Shown here: positions 1-13,985 of the stretch, in pieces
Position numbering within the stretch: the stretch's first letter is position 1
Layout: every line of letters starts with the position of its first letter
Assembly: GCA_038087875.1 (NCBI GenBank)
Contig: CM075988.1
Span: forward strand, 27,158,001-27,222,000
DNA length: 64,000 nucleotides
Direction of reading: 5' to 3'
Source of the DNA: Malacoraja senta
Lineage: Eukaryota
Translations under genes and position numbers: made by a program
Notes under the pieces: model-generated
Seen by the model: only the letters and a program-made list of their open reading frames with translations
Told to the model about the DNA's origin: nothing
Databases searched by the model: none

Positions 1-799
1 TTGTTCATTGCTTCAGTTTGGTTTCCAACCATTTGTCATATAAATGTCTCTAAATTGGAATGGCAAACCATGGAGGGGAAGGAGTCCATGATGTCCCTCG
101 AGGATCTCTCGACACCACCCTCTCTCTCCCTCTTCACTGCCAGTAGTTGACATGAGAGGAAGTTGGAAAGTTTTAAATCAATTGCTTATTTTTGCAGAAT
201 ATACAGAAGCTTCCTAAAATGTGGGCACTTCATTGCAACGGATGCATCTGAATCTAGACCATTTCAGGAAATGAGTCAAAATGAGTGCCAATGGGATCAT
301 GCATTTGCTTGTGTAATGTTGAAGTTGAAGGATCTTTATTACCTAGCTCATGTTTGAAGTGTTTAAATTAACAGTTAGATCCAAGAATTCACTGAAAAAC
401 AGGGATCCTGTTTCTCCACGGCAGAAGTATTTTCCCATAAATATATTAAAACGAATCCAGTACTGGGTTTCCTCTAACTTTTGACCTTTCCCTTGGTAGT
501 GGTAGAGGATGTTTATCTGGAGATTATTCATGGTGGCAAAAGCAGGAAAGGAATTATTAGAGAAATTGGAAAGTGGGACAAAGAATCCAAAACAAAAAGT
601 TAACTGTCCTAACAGTTTAAATCAGCTCAAGCACATATAGAACTTGATAGAGGAGATAGCATAGAGGGAAATCATTTAGCTCAAACTGCTTCCTCCCAAC
701 GGCACATCATTTTAGTGTTTGAGAATTGTCTCCAATATTTCTAATCTAGATTTGTCAAATACATAGTTGGTTGGATTTGTCAGGCACCTCCATGCATAG

Positions 800-1470
800 A
801 AACATTGTGAAATAGGTGCAGGAGTAGGCCATTTGGCCCTTCAAGCCAGCACCGCCATTCCATATAATCATTGCTGATCATCTAAAATCAGTACCCCATT
901 CCTGCTTTTTCCCCATATCCCTTGATTTCTTTCACCCTAAGAGCTAAATCTAACTCTCTCTTGAAAATATCCAGCGAATTGACCTCCACTGCCTTTGTGG
1001 CAGAGAATTCCACAGATTCACAACTCTCTGGGTGAAGAGGTTTTTCCTTATCCCAGTCCTAAAAGGCCGACCCCTTATTCTTAAACCGTGACCCCTAGTT
1101 TTGGACTCCCCCAACATTTTTTCCTGTATCTAACCTGTCCAATCCTTTAAAATTTTTAGATATTTCTATAAGATTCCCTCTCATCCTTCTAAATACCAGT
1201 GAATACAAGCCCAGTCGACCCATTCTTTCATCATATGCCAGTCCCGCTATCCCTGGATTAAACTGGTGAACCTACGCTGCATTCCCTCAATAGCAATGAT
1301 GTCCTTCCTCAAATTACGAGACCAAAACTACACACAATACTCCAGGTGCGGTCTCACCAGGGCCCTAAACAACTGCAGTAGGACCTCCATGCTCCTACAC
1401 TCAAATCCTCTCACAATGAAGGCCAACATGCCATTAGCTTTCTTCACTGCCTGCTGTACCTGCATGCTTA
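800..1470 (-). mobile_element. CR1 LINE 3' fragment
   Basis: Reverse strand encodes the degenerate RT C-terminal region (LVRPHLEYCV-like) and the CR1 3' end (aataggtgcaggagtaggcc on +). Confidence 0.85.
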
Positions 1471-1524
1471 CTACATTATTAATGCTTTGTGAGTAATGTC
1501 TAAAGACAGTAGCCTAGAAATATT

Positions 1525-1808
1525 TTTAGGACTTTTAGGACTGAGATGAGAAAAACATTTTTTGCACAGAGAGTGGTGAATCTCTGGAATTCTCTGCCAC
1601 AGAATGTACTTGAGGCCAGTTCATTGGCTATATTTAAGAGGGAGTTAGATGTGGCCCTTGTGGCTAAAGGGATCAGGGGGTATGGAGAGAAAGCAGGTAC
1701 GGGATACTGAGTTGGATGATCAGCCATGATCATATTGAATGGCGGTGCAGGCTCGAAGGGCCGAATGGCCTACTCCTGCACCTATTTTCTATGTTTCTAT
1801 GTTTCTAT
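1525..1808 (+). mobile_element. CR1 LINE 3' end
   Basis: QRVVNLWNSLP-like segment, then ggctcgaagggccgaatggcctactcctgcacc and a (tttctatg)n tail. Confidence 0.85.
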
Positions 1809-1943
1809 TACATGGCAGAAATAGGTGTCAAACCTCAGCTGATGATGAGTCCTGGGATTTGCAGTGGTGGGGGCTTACAAAGTTTGTGCAAGGACACCCA
1901 GAGTCAATATTCTAAAATGATAGAATGAGCCTTAATTCTAACA

Positions 1944-1964
1944 ACACACACACACACACACACA
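1944..1964. repeat. (CA)n microsatellite
   Basis: About 10 CA units read directly. Confidence 0.9.
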
Positions 1965-2729
1965 AGGGTCTTTCCTCTGTTGGATTCACCAGGGTACGAT
2001 GCAAGAAGGATTAGGCCTGGATCATTAAGGATAGTTGGAGGAAGGGACCTTGAGATCAAGGATATGATCACGTGGTTGGGGGAAGGGAGGAATTACTTGG
2101 CATGTAAATGGTATCCAAGGAAATAGTTAAGTAGAACAGAGGGCCTATCTATATCATCAACATCAAGGGAGGGAAGAGAGAATAGAGCAATCACCAACCT
2201 AAATACTGAATGAACTTGCCCGTTAAAGATCAATACCCTGCTACCTAACAACAAACTTACTGAGGTAGATTCCCTTTAACTAATGGTTTCACTCCTCATT
2301 GGTGTGGTTCATTTGCTCTGCTCTCTGCATGTCAGCCGCAAGCTGGTGAAAAATCCAAAATAAATGTGCAAGACTACCCTGCTGCTGAACTAAATGCAGA
2401 GTGGAGTTTAGTGAAATGCTGTCAATTACATTTCTTATTGGACAAAATTGCCACACTACAAATTAATTTGTAGCCCATCCAAGTCATGGCGACTTTACTG
2501 AATTTCTGATACATTATTCATGAGGAACAAACAAATTGAGGACAATGAAAACTTTGTCTGGTCTTTGCTATGATATCATGATTTCCATTAAACTAAAACC
2601 CACATGCTGGATACTACCAGTGTCTTGATATCAAAGCTAGGAATTAAACACTAATTAAAGCTCAGAAACAGCCTTATTCCTCCAATTTCTTTGTTGAAGT
2701 CTTTCAGGTCCAATTTTCCATTGTACATC

Positions 2730-2892
2730 GTTTTAGATTTAGGGCTAAGGGAATCAAGGGATATGGGGGAAAAAGCCAGAACAGGGTACTGATTTTGGAT
2801 GATCAGCCATGATCATTTTGAATGGCGATGCTGGCTCGAAGGGCCGAATGGCCTACTCCTGCACCTATTTTCTAAGTTTCTATGTTTCTATA
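2730..2892 (+). mobile_element. CR1 LINE extreme 3' end (intronic, upstream of the drd2 acceptor)
   Basis: Same 3' terminal module and tail as the other CR1 copies. Confidence 0.8.
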
Positions 2893-3041
2893 CTGTCTCA
2901 CCTAGTTTGCCTTCCGCCACAACATGAAAGCCATTTTATCTACAGCTATCCATTGAAAATATTTTTATTTATATAGTTACCCATTGGATTTCTCGTGAAT
3001 TTTCAATGCTGGATATTAATCTCTGCTTCTCTTGTTTATAG

Positions 3042-3238
3042 GGGTCTTCATTATTTGTTGGTTGCCATTCTTCATTACCCATATCCTGAACAAGCACTGT
3101 AAAAAATGCAACATCCCTCAAGCCTTGTACAGTGCCTTCACCTGGCTGGGTTATGTCAATAGCGCTGTGAACCCAATCATTTACACCACCTTCAACATCG
3201 AGTTCAGAAAAGCTTTCATCAAAATTCTTCACTGCTAA
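3042..3238 (+). CDS. drd2: Terminal coding exon of a dopamine receptor D2 (TM6-ECL3-TM7-helix 8, stop TAA)
   Basis: Translates to (G)[64 protein letters not shown], with CWLPFF and NPxxY motifs. AFTW, AVNPII and ILHC match D2 rather than D3. Preceded by a pyrimidine-rich acceptor ctctgcttctcttgtttatag (AG at 3040-3041, phase 1). Upstream exons lie outside the window. Confidence 0.93.
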
Positions 3239-5040
3239 AGCACTGCCAAAGGACATAAAATGCCACATTTCCTTTTTATAAGGTCTACCTTGAAAGTGTT
3301 CAAAGATATCTTTGCTTGTTAATGACACTGTGGACGCCACTTCTTTAATCATGAACTGAATCCATCTTGTGTGTCGTTATGGGTTAATAAAGGCACAGAG
3401 AAGAGAAGAAAAGAATGAATTCATCAAGAACCTGATGGGGCTTCAAGTCTCTTTACACATGATGTCATCTGACTTTTCAATACTGATAATCAACAATGTA
3501 ATGTGAAATGCCCATTTGCATGGCCAAAATGTCCATGTAGTTTACCACTTCATGACCATGCAAAGTTGGTTAGTAGGTCCTTGAAATTTGTATTCAGGTG
3601 AATCATCAAAATGTTGTCATGGTAAATAAAATACAAAGTGGATTGTCAGCACTAGAGGACAAACCTTTCAGGACATCTTCCACTTGCCTACTTCACAATA
3701 TAAACTTGGAGCAACAAGGAACTTGCTCAAGAACATGGCAATGAAACATGGTGGTCCAACACTACAATGCATTGGCATGGAAAAAGGAAACCTTTGCTGT
3801 ATCAACCATTAAGAATTTGTTGCCTTAGATCAATCTCAAAGGTTGGAAGACTGGTCAGTATCTGCTTATATCTAGCATAGAATTAGCATACTAAAGATAG
3901 GAATATCACAAGGTTCTATTAAAGGTGAACACACCACATTGGGTTAGGGCAAAGTAAACTGAGATCAGACTCAAGCCACACTGAGTGAAATGTCTCCTTT
4001 CACATCTGTGGGAACATTACACAAAGCAATAGTTTGATATCAGTAGCTGATCTGTGTCTAGTGAGGGCAAATATAATTCTGGCTCTTGGATGCATGGCTT
4101 CATCCTGGAATGCTCAGAGAGAGGCTATGATGGCCTCCAAGATCAGAGAGTTTGTGGGCCTTCAGTGTTTAGTTGTCCTTTTGCTCATTCACATTGCAGA
4201 ATAGCCTTCATTCTATAGAATAAACCAGTTCAGCAAGGCATCTCATCACCATGCCACAAAATGAAATTCGGGATGGTCAGTCAATGCTGAGTCTTGTTAG
4301 GGCTGCTTGTATCAATGGTTTGGAGAAAAGTCAAGTAAAACAATGAAATAACATCACAAAGCAGCAAACACAAAGGAACACAATGTTGATTAGCTGGGCT
4401 GCAGGGTGACCAGAAAGCATCTTTAGAGATTTGTGTGTTTCAATTATGTATTTGTGTAGTAAACATTAAATTATTCACTATTAGCGTTTGCTATGCCATG
4501 GAAGCATGTGAAAATATTTTCTCCACTATATTAACTTTATAAATTACCTCTAGTGACTGCCATCCACATTTGTTCGTTTCACTGCAGCTGTAAAGCAAAT
4601 AAATGAGTTGACAGAGAAACCAGTTTTCTGTAGACCAGCACTGAGGCGTTTCCACCAGCGGACTGATGAACAGCACATGGATACGATATCCCCTCTCATC
4701 GGGAGCAACCAATATTGGCCACCAAATCTGGACCACATAATACCAGAGTGCCGAGTACTGTAAAATAGGAGGAAAGTGTTTCATCAATTATTGGTTATTC
4801 CACAGCCCTTTCCATTGGATCATTTTGTTAAAGTACAAATCACAGTAAATTATTTATATGAAGCTAGAATGAATAGTGTGGAAACTATTGTGCAGCAAGT
4901 TGTAATTTATTTTATTTGCTTGCTGGACAATTCCTCTGATAGTAAATTTAATATAAAAATGTAAATCCAAATTTTATGCAATGATCTGACTTGAATTAGA
5001 TTTATTTTTCCCATTTCAATTCTGTCTTTTGCATATTAAA
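3239..5040 (+). other. Putative drd2 3' UTR (3' end uncertain)
   Basis: TE-free stretch directly after the stop codon. AATAAA at 3386, 3625, 4219 and 4598; ATTAAA at 4465 and 5035. The signal actually used cannot be determined from sequence. Confidence 0.5.
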
Positions 5041-6144
5041 AAAAAATTCAATTTACTGTATATATTCAAAACCTTCAGAGTATTACCTGCTCATTTTGAA
5101 AATGCTGTGTCAGGTTTTGTGCCTCTTTGTTCCACGGTTTCAAGCAGCATTAATATAGACAAGACAGATCTCACACAGATGGGACAGAAATGTAAACGAT
5201 AATAGTTTGCTCTTGGTCCATTCAACAAAAATGCATTGATGGAATGATGCCTGATTTGTTGCATATATTGTTCTGTGCATAACAAAGTCATCAATATGTG
5301 ATCACCCTTGGAGATGGGGTTTCTGTGAACCTGTAAACATGAACAAAAATCATATTGATTTTAGTTTATTGATATAGCTAAAATGTGTATGATTTGTGGT
5401 ATGCTTTGACTTATGTGTGTGGTTGCATAAATGTACTGGTTTAGATCCCAGGACTTGATTCCACCATATGTGTTTTGGTATTTAGGTTCGTAATTAAATA
5501 ATATAAAAGAATAACTGCAGCGATAAACACAAAATTAAGAATTCCCATCAAATATACCTGGTTCTCAGGAAGTAAATCTGTCATGCTTACGTCTGGTTTA
5601 TATGTAACTCCTGACCAACAGCAATGTGGTTGATCTGAAAGTTCAAAAGCATTTAGTTAATGTTTGCCCTACCTTCAACTTTGGATATAAATACAATACT
5701 ATTATGCCAAGAAAACAATTAGAATATGTAGCGTGGCAGAAAAGAATTGCATTCAACACCAATATTTTGTTTTGGTTTATTAAGGTCACGTGTACCGAGA
5801 CACAAAGAGAAACATTATTTTGCAGGCAAATTATACCATACTGTAAATGTGTACATCTGATAGTTTCAAAGTGAAAATACTGTTACAGCTGCAGAGAAAG
5901 TGCAGAGGAAAAAAAGTGCAAGGGCCGTAATAATGTAGATTGGCAGATCTGGAATTCATCCCGAGCATATTTTTCCATTTGGTGGTTCCAGTATACTGAG
6001 CAGAGTTATTCTGAAGGCTATGATGCAGTATTATTGTCACCCAAGCTTGCATTGCCATTTTATGTGCAGCCATGATCACATTGAATGGCGGTGCTGGCTC
6101 AAAGGGCCGAATGGCCTACTGCACCTATTGTCTAACATTGAGAC

Positions 6145-6268
6145 GCACAGTGGCTCAGCTTGTAGAACTGCTGCCTCACAGTGCCAGAAACTTATGTTTT
6201 ACCCTGACCTTAGGTGCTCCCAGAGACCGTGCCGATCTCCAACAGATGCTCCAGTTTCCTCCCACATC
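6145..6268 (+). mobile_element. Degenerate tRNA-derived V-SINE (HE1-like) 5' part
   Basis: cacagtggctcagcttgtagaactgctgcctcacagtgccaga head and V-domain-like ctccagtttcctcccacat. Confidence 0.6.
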
Positions 6269-6271
6269 TAA

Positions 6272-6578
6272 AGGGCCTGTCCCACTATACGAGTTTACCC
6301 AAGAGCTCTCCTGAGTTTAAAAAAAAATCAAACTCGTGGTAAGTACGTAGAATGTACGTAGCGGGTACGTCAGAGCTCGGGACGTCTCTTAGCGGCTCGT
6401 AACGCTAACGGCAGGTACGCGGGAAACGCGGTAAGCTCGTGAAGTTTTTTCAACATGTTGAAAAATGTCCAAGAGAGCCCCGAGTACCTACGAGCAGCTA
6501 TTACTGTAATTTTCCTAGTTCGCATCAGGGGAAACTCGGGAGAACTCTTGAATTACCTCGTACAGTGGGACAGGCCCT
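6272..6578. mobile_element. PIF/Harbinger-type MITE (307 bp)
   Basis: TIRs agggcctgtcccactatacgag / ctcgtacagtgggacaggccct; TAA duplication at 6269-6271 and 6579-6581; CpG-rich, no ORF. Confidence 0.85.
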
Positions 6579-7379
6579 TAAATTAAACATAATCTCACTA
6601 CATTCCCTTTACTTTTTTTAAAATTTGAAGCAGCAATACTTTAATGTCAATTGGTTTATCTATTTTATCATGCTGATGGGCCAGATATTTCTTGCCATTC
6701 AATGTTCGAATTGTTCTGAAGTTCTGTTTACAAGCATCAGGATATTAGATCTGAACAGTAACTAGCTGAAATACAGTCTGAGCAATCAACTTAGTCTTGT
6801 TTACCTGCAAATCATGGGGTTCGAGCCAGGAGGCTCAAATCCAAGCAAGAAAAGCTGTCATGGTGGAACTGTTCATGGACAAAATGTGGGTGATTGGATT
6901 TCATACTTGTTGTACTGTATAGAAATGATTGATCTCAATAGTTGTCCTGGTTCCCCTGGCATTAGCTCTGGTGCTTCTCTGGAGGTGGACCGATTATTAA
7001 CATCAGGAAAAGAGAGATTGCCTCCAGGAGCAATCCCTGAGAACTTCCCGGAAATGTGCTACCATGCTGAGGCAAGTAGATGTTCCTTGCTGGACTGTGA
7101 CTCTATTGCTGGGATGGCTACATGCATGGCTGAGATGTAACTTGTAACTTAGTTAAATAAGGATTGCTTTAAATATATAAATATTCACTAAATATCTCTT
7201 CAAAATGGAATACATTATAAAGTTACAGAATCCTATCCAAGACATGCATTGCTGACATCTAAAAGTAGATATTTGATTTCTGCCGGAATAAATGGCATTG
7301 TTTTGCCATGCTGGTTCTGGCAGCTGTTCCTCATTTGATTCTTGCCAGTGCCAGCACATTTGCTTTTGAATTGGATGAT

Positions 7380-7810
7380 CAAAGATTCAAGTCCCATTCT
7401 AGAGACTTGAGGACAAAAATCCAAGCTTGCACATTAATGCAATATTTAACTTGTCGAGGTGACATTAAACCGTGATCTCAACTTTACTGTCAGGTTAGTG
7501 TAAAAGGTTCCATGAGATGATTTTAGAATGGGGCAGGAGACATATCCAGAATGTCTTCATGAGCACTTATTCATTAGAGCAGAGAAACTGATCATTATCA
7601 CATAGCTGCTTGAGGGAGCTCGTTATACAAAAAATCACTACAAAATAACAAAAGCAGTAGAAGATTAATCATAGGAACACCATCATCTTGCATGATTATT
7701 CAGTTCAATCAGAGCCACTCTTCTGGCTCCAGTCCCGGTTTCCTCCATTACAACAGAGGCCACACCTGAAAAGTGCTTTAAAGGCCATAAAATGCTTTGG
7801 GATCTCCTGA
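7380..7810 (+). mobile_element. Ancient Deu-domain SINE (SacSINE1/AmnSINE1-like), highly degenerate
   Basis: Recognisable blocks ttcaagtccc...gagacttgag, gacattaaaccg, tcagg..gtgtaaaag.tccatg, gatcattatcacat.gctg, tttcct.cattacaacag, gctttgggat. Confidence 0.55.
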
Positions 7811-8779
7811 AAGGGATCTGATCTACTTCTCCTGGGAGGATACATCAAAGTCTGCCAACAAGATGGCTAAAAGGGGTCAAGATGATGTCTCCAGGGCTGA
7901 AGTGCCTCAAGTGTTCCATGCAAGGGTGTGGAAGAACATTTCATTTTCCAAACCTACCTTAGACTTCTTCTCCTGACTCCCAGCAGTCCCACCTGGTTGG
8001 GTATTTATGATGGGCATCTAGCTGGAAAATGGGTTGCAGTTCCACCTGTGCAGATCATGTTTTACATTTACTATTAAGGCTTCTGAGCAGTTAGATGCTG
8101 AGGCAAAAAGAAAAACCAAAAATGATGAAAATACTGAGTATGTCAGGCAGCATCTGTAGAAAGAGAACCATCATAGAGGATTCAGGTTGAAGGCCATCTG
8201 CTAACCCCTTGAGTGTTTCAAACCATATCTGATTTCAGTTCAGATTTCTAGCATATGCTTTTTATAAATTTTCATTAAGCAGAATAATATAATTACCAAT
8301 TAAAATAGTGGGATTACACCGGAGATTATTGTAAGAATGCAGTGAGAAATAGAGAAATTCCAATTGAAGTCGTTCACTGCTCATGATCTCCTTATTGGGG
8401 AAGCATAAAAATGTGCAAAATATGCTTATGTGACTCTTCCCTGCATAAATTGGTCTGTAAATGTTTATGTTTCCATGAATTGCTCATCATGAGACTATTT
8501 CAATAGAGTTTATACAGGTGGTGGACTTTCCGTAGTTATGATGTAGTAAACATGAATATAAATAAACCAATGTTTGGAATTTGGAATCATCTCTTTCAAG
8601 GATAGAAGCATGGTAGGAGAGCACCAGATAGAATATGAACCTTTCAATATAAGAGTATGATTCTAGGATCAAGATCAAGGGAAAATATGAAAATGAAACA
8701 TAGAATCATGAAACTCTCTTACATTGCAGGCACTTGACAATGGAATCCAAACTCAATGATCAGTTGATATTAAGACAAT

Positions 8780-9395
8780 TATTAAGAAAGCACATCAGCG
8801 CCTCTACTTCCTGAGAAGATTACAGAGAGTCGGTTTGTCAAGGTGGACTCTCTCTAACTTCTACAGGTGCACAGTAGAGAGCATGCTGACCGGTTGCATC
8901 GTGGCTTGGTTCGGCAACTTGAGAGCCCTGGGGAGGAAAAGACTACAAAAAGTAGTAAACACTGCCCAGTCCATCATCGGCTCTGACCTCCCTTCCATCG
9001 AGGGGATCTACCACAGTCGCTGCCTCAAAAAGGCTGTCAGCATCATCAAGGACCCACACCATCCTGGCCACACACTCATCTCCCCACTACCTTCAGGTAG
9101 AAGGTACAGGAGCCTGAAGACTGCAATGACCAGGTTCAGGAATAGCTACTTCCCCACAGCCATCAGGTTATTAAACTTGGCTCGGACAAAACTCTGAACA
9201 TTAATAGCCCATTATCTGTTATTTGCACTTTATTAGTTTATTTATTCATGTGTGTATATATTTATATAATGGTATATGTACACACTGATTTGTTCTGTAG
9301 TCAATGCCTACTATGTTCTGTTGTGCTGAAGCAAAGCAAGAATTTCATTGTCCTATCAGGGACACATGACAATAAACTCTCTTGAATCTTGAATT
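8780..9395 (+). mobile_element. Rex1/Babar LINE 3' fragment
   Basis: ORF 8835-9197 (NFYRCTVESMLTGCI...KDPHHPGH...LPSGRRYRS); 3' tail gacaataaactctcttgaatcttgaa. Closely similar to 11890-12470. Confidence 0.85.
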
Positions 9396-10084
9396 ACTAT
9401 TCCTGATTTTTGTTACATGAATCTGGTCACAGTATAACTAACTACACACCATCCCAGCCTGTGATCTGCACCATTTGTTCAGATATTCTTTCCTTGTTAA
9501 ACTATCAAGTTGGAATAACCTTAGAATTTTGCAAACGGTTGCCTTTAGTAGTGTTACTTTACCAGAACATTGGTTGTAAACTGGTCCACGGACAATTACA
9601 ACAGCGACTTTAATTAATTCAACATCTATAAGAAAATCATAGCTCAAGATTCAGAAGGGCGTCACTAATCTAATAATATTATGCTTCGCAAGCAATCCTT
9701 TTGATGCGAGTTCTGTATTTTTCCTGACTTCATATAATGAAGATCGTTCCGACATCAGCCTAAACCCTAGTGCTAGTTTAAAAATTATCCTTGACCAAAA
9801 ATAGTTCTGACTTTGCCAGATATAAATGGGCCTTGCTGGGACAATTGACAGGATGCAAAATGGTCATGATGAGGCAGTAAGAAAGTCACTGTGCTTAACC
9901 CGTTAAGTGCTGATTTAAATCAAGGCAGTGCTGATTTTAATTCTCTAAAGACACCATATGGATGGTCAATGATGATTTCACGGTTTTGTGGAAATTTTTA
10001 CTGATGCTGGCTATTTATACCCAGATGTAACTTTTAAAAGTTTAAATTCTCTTCTAAACTCAGTAGAAAAAGGTTACATATAGG

Positions 10085-10322
10085 GACTATACAAGGAACT
10101 GCAAATGCTGGTTAACAAAAACAGATGCAAAGTGCAGGAGTTACTTAGCGGGTCAGTCAATGAGTCAAAACAGATAATGAGACAATGATTCATAAAATGA
10201 ACAGTGTTTTTAATGTAGTAAATATACACAGCGAGAGAGGGGAGGAGTGTGTGTGTGGGGTGGAGTGGGGGAGGGGTGATGAGCATCTATTTCTAAACCA
10301 GCATCTGTAATTCCTTGTATCT
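10085..10322. mobile_element. Penelope-like pLTR ends in inverted arrangement
   Basis: caaggaactgcaaatgctggtt ... aaccagcatctgtaattccttg, the terminal motif shared with the other pLTR copies. Confidence 0.55.
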
Positions 10323-10489
10323 CTAAAACTAAACCTCTTTTAATGATGAATGGACTCGCTGATAGCTGGCAAGATGCACACATCTGGAATGACCTTAAAT
10401 CCCTGACCCAGTGTGTGGTTTTGATTGGCTATGTTTTCACAGTTAAAGCATCTTGGAACATGAAACATTACATAAATAGTTTGTTGGTA

Positions 10490-10583
10490 GACAGAAATGC
10501 TGGAGAAACTCAGTGGGTGAGGCAGCAGCTATGGAGCGAAGGAAATAGGCGACGTTTCGGGTTGAGACCCTTCTTCAGACTGA
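10490..10583 (-). mobile_element. Penelope-like pLTR fragment with an intact minimal hammerhead core
   Basis: Reverse complement: cagtCTGAAGAagggtctcaacccGAAAcgtcgcctatttcc...ctgagtttctccagca. Confidence 0.75.
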
Positions 10584-10924
10584 TGTGGGGGTGGAGGGTG
10601 GTGGCAAATAAATAAATAAAACAAATAAATTGTTTTGTTTTCATTGGAGCCTCTGTGCAAGAAATGGCTATCATATTTGTTGCCTTTCATAGAATATATA
10701 ATTGGATGTGAAGATCGTTGCCATATTCTGAGCATGTGTTAAATCACCACTTCAAAATTAGGCTGTTATTTCTTCAGGACATAAAGATTAAGATTATGAC
10801 TTTGAACTTCCACAATCAGTAAATGTTATATCATTAAAACAATTTAAGTTGATCGCTAGTTACTAATTTGGTGGAGCTAAAGTTATGTTCAGGTTTTTTT
10901 TCATTTCAGTTTAGTTTCGCGGTG

Positions 10925-12475
10925 ACAGCATTTCAGTCACAGTCACAGAGGCCGACGTCAGAAGATCTTTCAGGGGGGTGAACACTTGGAAAGCGCCTGG
11001 ACCTGATGGCATACCCGGTCGTGTTCTAAAAACCTGTGCGGACCAACTGGCTGGAGTTTTTACGGACATTTTCAACCTCTCACTTCTGAGGTCTGAGGTT
11101 CCACCTGCTTTAAAAGGGCATCAATAATACCGGTGCCCAAGAAGAGCAAGGTGACGTGCCTCAATGACTATCGACCAGTGCACTAACATCTGTGGTGATG
11201 AAGTGTTTTGAGAGGTTGATTATGGCGCATATCAACTCCTACCTCGACAAGAACATCAGTTCGCTTACCACCACAACAGATCAACGGTGGATGCAATCTC
11301 ACTGGCTCTCCACTCCGCTCTGGACCACTTGGACAACAAAAATGTCAGGCTGTTATTCATTGACTACAGCTCGGCATTTAATACAATCATCCTCTCCAAG
11401 CTGGTTACCAAGCTCTCAGATCTGGGTCTCTGCGCATCCCTCTGCAATTGGATCCTCGACTTCCTCATCCACAGACCACAGTCTGTCCGTATTGGTGGAA
11501 ATGTGTCATCCTTGATAACAATCAGCACAGGAGCACCTCAAGGCTGCGTGCTCAGCCCCCTGCTGTACTCACTCTATATTCATGACTGCGTAGCCGGACA
11601 TAGTTTGAACTCCATCATCAAGTTTGCCGACGACACCGCTGTTGTGGGGCGAATCACTGATGGGGACGAGTCAGAGTATAGAAGTGAGATCGACCGATTG
11701 ACCAAATGGTGCCAACACAATAACCTGGCTCTCAACACCAGCAAAACCAAGGAACTGATTGTGGACTTTGGAAGGTGTAGGATAGGGACCCACAATCCCG
11801 TTTACATCGATGGTGGAAAGGGTCAAGAACTTCACATTCCTGGGCGTGAACATTTCCGAAGATCTTTCCTGGTCCCAGCACACTGATGCAATCATAAAGA
11901 AAGCACATCAGCGCCTCCACTTCCTGAGAAGACTACGGAGAGTTGGCATGTCAAAGAGGACTCTCTCGAACTTCTACAGGTGCACAGTAGAGAGCATGCT
12001 GACCGGTTGCATCGTGGCTTGGTTCAGCAACTTGAGTGTCCAGAAGCAGAAAAGAATGCAGAAAGTTGTGACCACTGCCCAGTCCATCATCGGCTCTTAC
12101 CTCCCCACCATCGAAGGGATCTATCGCAGTTGCTGCCTCAAAAATGCAGCCAGCATCATCAAGGACCCACACCATCCTGGCCACACACTCATCTCTCCGC
12201 TACCATCGGGCAGAAGGTACAGGAGCCTGAAATCTGTTACATCCTGGTTCAGGAACAGCTACTTCCCCACAGCCATCAGACTATTAAACTCGCCAACAAA
12301 CAGACTCGGAACTGTAACAGCCTATTGCACTTTATCTGCTTATTTATGTGTATATTGAACTGAACTGTTCTGTATTTTTGTTTACAATACTCTGTTGTGC
12401 TGAAGCAAAGCAAGAATTTCATTGTCCTATCTGGGACACATGACAATAAACTCTCTTGACTTGACTTGACTTGTT
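10925..12475 (+). mobile_element. Rex1/Babar LINE, 5'-truncated, frameshifted RT
   Basis: ORFs 11287-11886 ([33 protein letters not shown]) and 11810-12358; gacaataaa plus (cttga)n tail. Confidence 0.9.
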
Positions 12476-13504
12476 TATTGTCACTGAACCAAGGTACAGT
12501 GAAAAGCTTTTGTCGCATGCTAAAACCAGTCAAAATGAAATGGAATTAGATTTGTGCATACGAAGTTGGTTTCTAAATGGTAGGTTTGTTTAAAATCAGT
12601 CACATATTACTTTATTTAAAATAGATAGGTTTGTACCAATAAACAATTAATGCTAATTGTTAGTTTTAAACCATTATATCAATTATTGTGATCATCCAAT
12701 TGATAAATTCACCATCTGTATCTATTACTGTATGATAAATTAATACTAAACAAAAATAAACATAAATATTCTTATTTATGATTGACACAATAAAATATAT
12801 TGCGAAATCAAGAGTAACTTTGCAAAAGAAAGTCAAAATTTAAGGGCTTTTCTCATTGCCAAAAAAAACATTTATATCTGAGATTTCCTTTACCCAACTC
12901 AGTAAATAACTTACATCAAAGTAATGTGAATATTGGACTTTTCTAAGCAAACAAAAACAATATAATTCGACTGCTTTGTAATTTAAATAGATGTATTAAA
13001 TACCAATGTAGTGTTCCAGCTTTGGACTAATTTGTAATTCATTTGTTAGATAAGGTTCAAGGTTCAAGGTCTTTTATTATCATGTTTACCAATTAAGGTA
13101 CAGTGATATTCGATTTACCACTCTGGTAAATTCTCTAACACTCAATGTTAGTCACAAATCTGTATACATGACTAGAAAGCTAGATACACAATAAGTGATA
13201 CACAAATAACAGATAATAAAACAATCCTTAATATAAATTAACAGTGTTATTAATATAGGAACATACAAATACTAATTTACAATTATATGACAGAGAGCAA
13301 AAGGCACTTGAGATAATGCAGTGAATGAATGTGAATCATATTGTGCCGGAGTTATTATTGATAATTATTCTTGCACAATGATGGTAATATTACTCATATA
13401 TAAAGGCTAATTTTATTGAATTATTTTTGTAATTCCTCCACTATTTTGTTCCTTGTCATCCTGAAGGTCCTGACTCTTAATATAACCAAAGGTCTGAATT
13501 TATT

Positions 13505-13985
13505 ACAATAGACAATAGGTACAGGAGTAGGCCATTCGGCCCTTCGAGCCAGCACCGCCATTCAATGTGATCATGGCTGATCATCCCCAATCAGTACCCC
13601 GTTCCTGCCTTCTCCCCATATCCCCTGACTCCGTTTTTTTAAAGTGCCCTATCTAGCTCTCTCTTGAAAGCATCCAGAGAACCTGCCTCCACCGCCCTCT
13701 GAGGCAGAGAATTCCACCGCTCTCTTTGAGAAAAAGTTTTTCCTCGTTTCCATTCTAAATGGCTTACTCCTTATTCTTAAACTGTGGCCCCTGGTTCTGG
13801 ACTCCCCCAACATCGGGAACATGTTTCCTGCCTCTAGCGTGTCCAAACCCTTAACAATCTTATATGTTTCAATGAGATGCCCTCTCATCCTTCTAAACTC
13901 CAGAGTGTACAAGCCCAGCTGCTCCATTCTCTCAGCATATGACAGTCCACCCATCCCGGGAATTAACCTTGTAAACCTATGCTTA
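13505..13985 (-). mobile_element. CR1 LINE 3' fragment
   Basis: ORF 13649-14023(-) RFTRLIPGMGGLSY...ESRTRGHSLRI; CR1 3' end. Very similar to 46145-46743. Confidence 0.9.

Noticed and set aside
800..1808. Single LINE with a 5' inversion
   Set aside because: Both pieces carry their own 3' ends, cover overlapping parts of the consensus and differ in sequence, so they are two independent CR1 insertions.
2969..3352. 127-aa ORF antisense to the drd2 exon
   Set aside because: Shadow frame of a real coding exon; no recognisable motif.
6814..7140. 108-aa ATG-initiated ORF in unique sequence
   Set aside because: No recognisable domain or splice context; length is within chance expectation.
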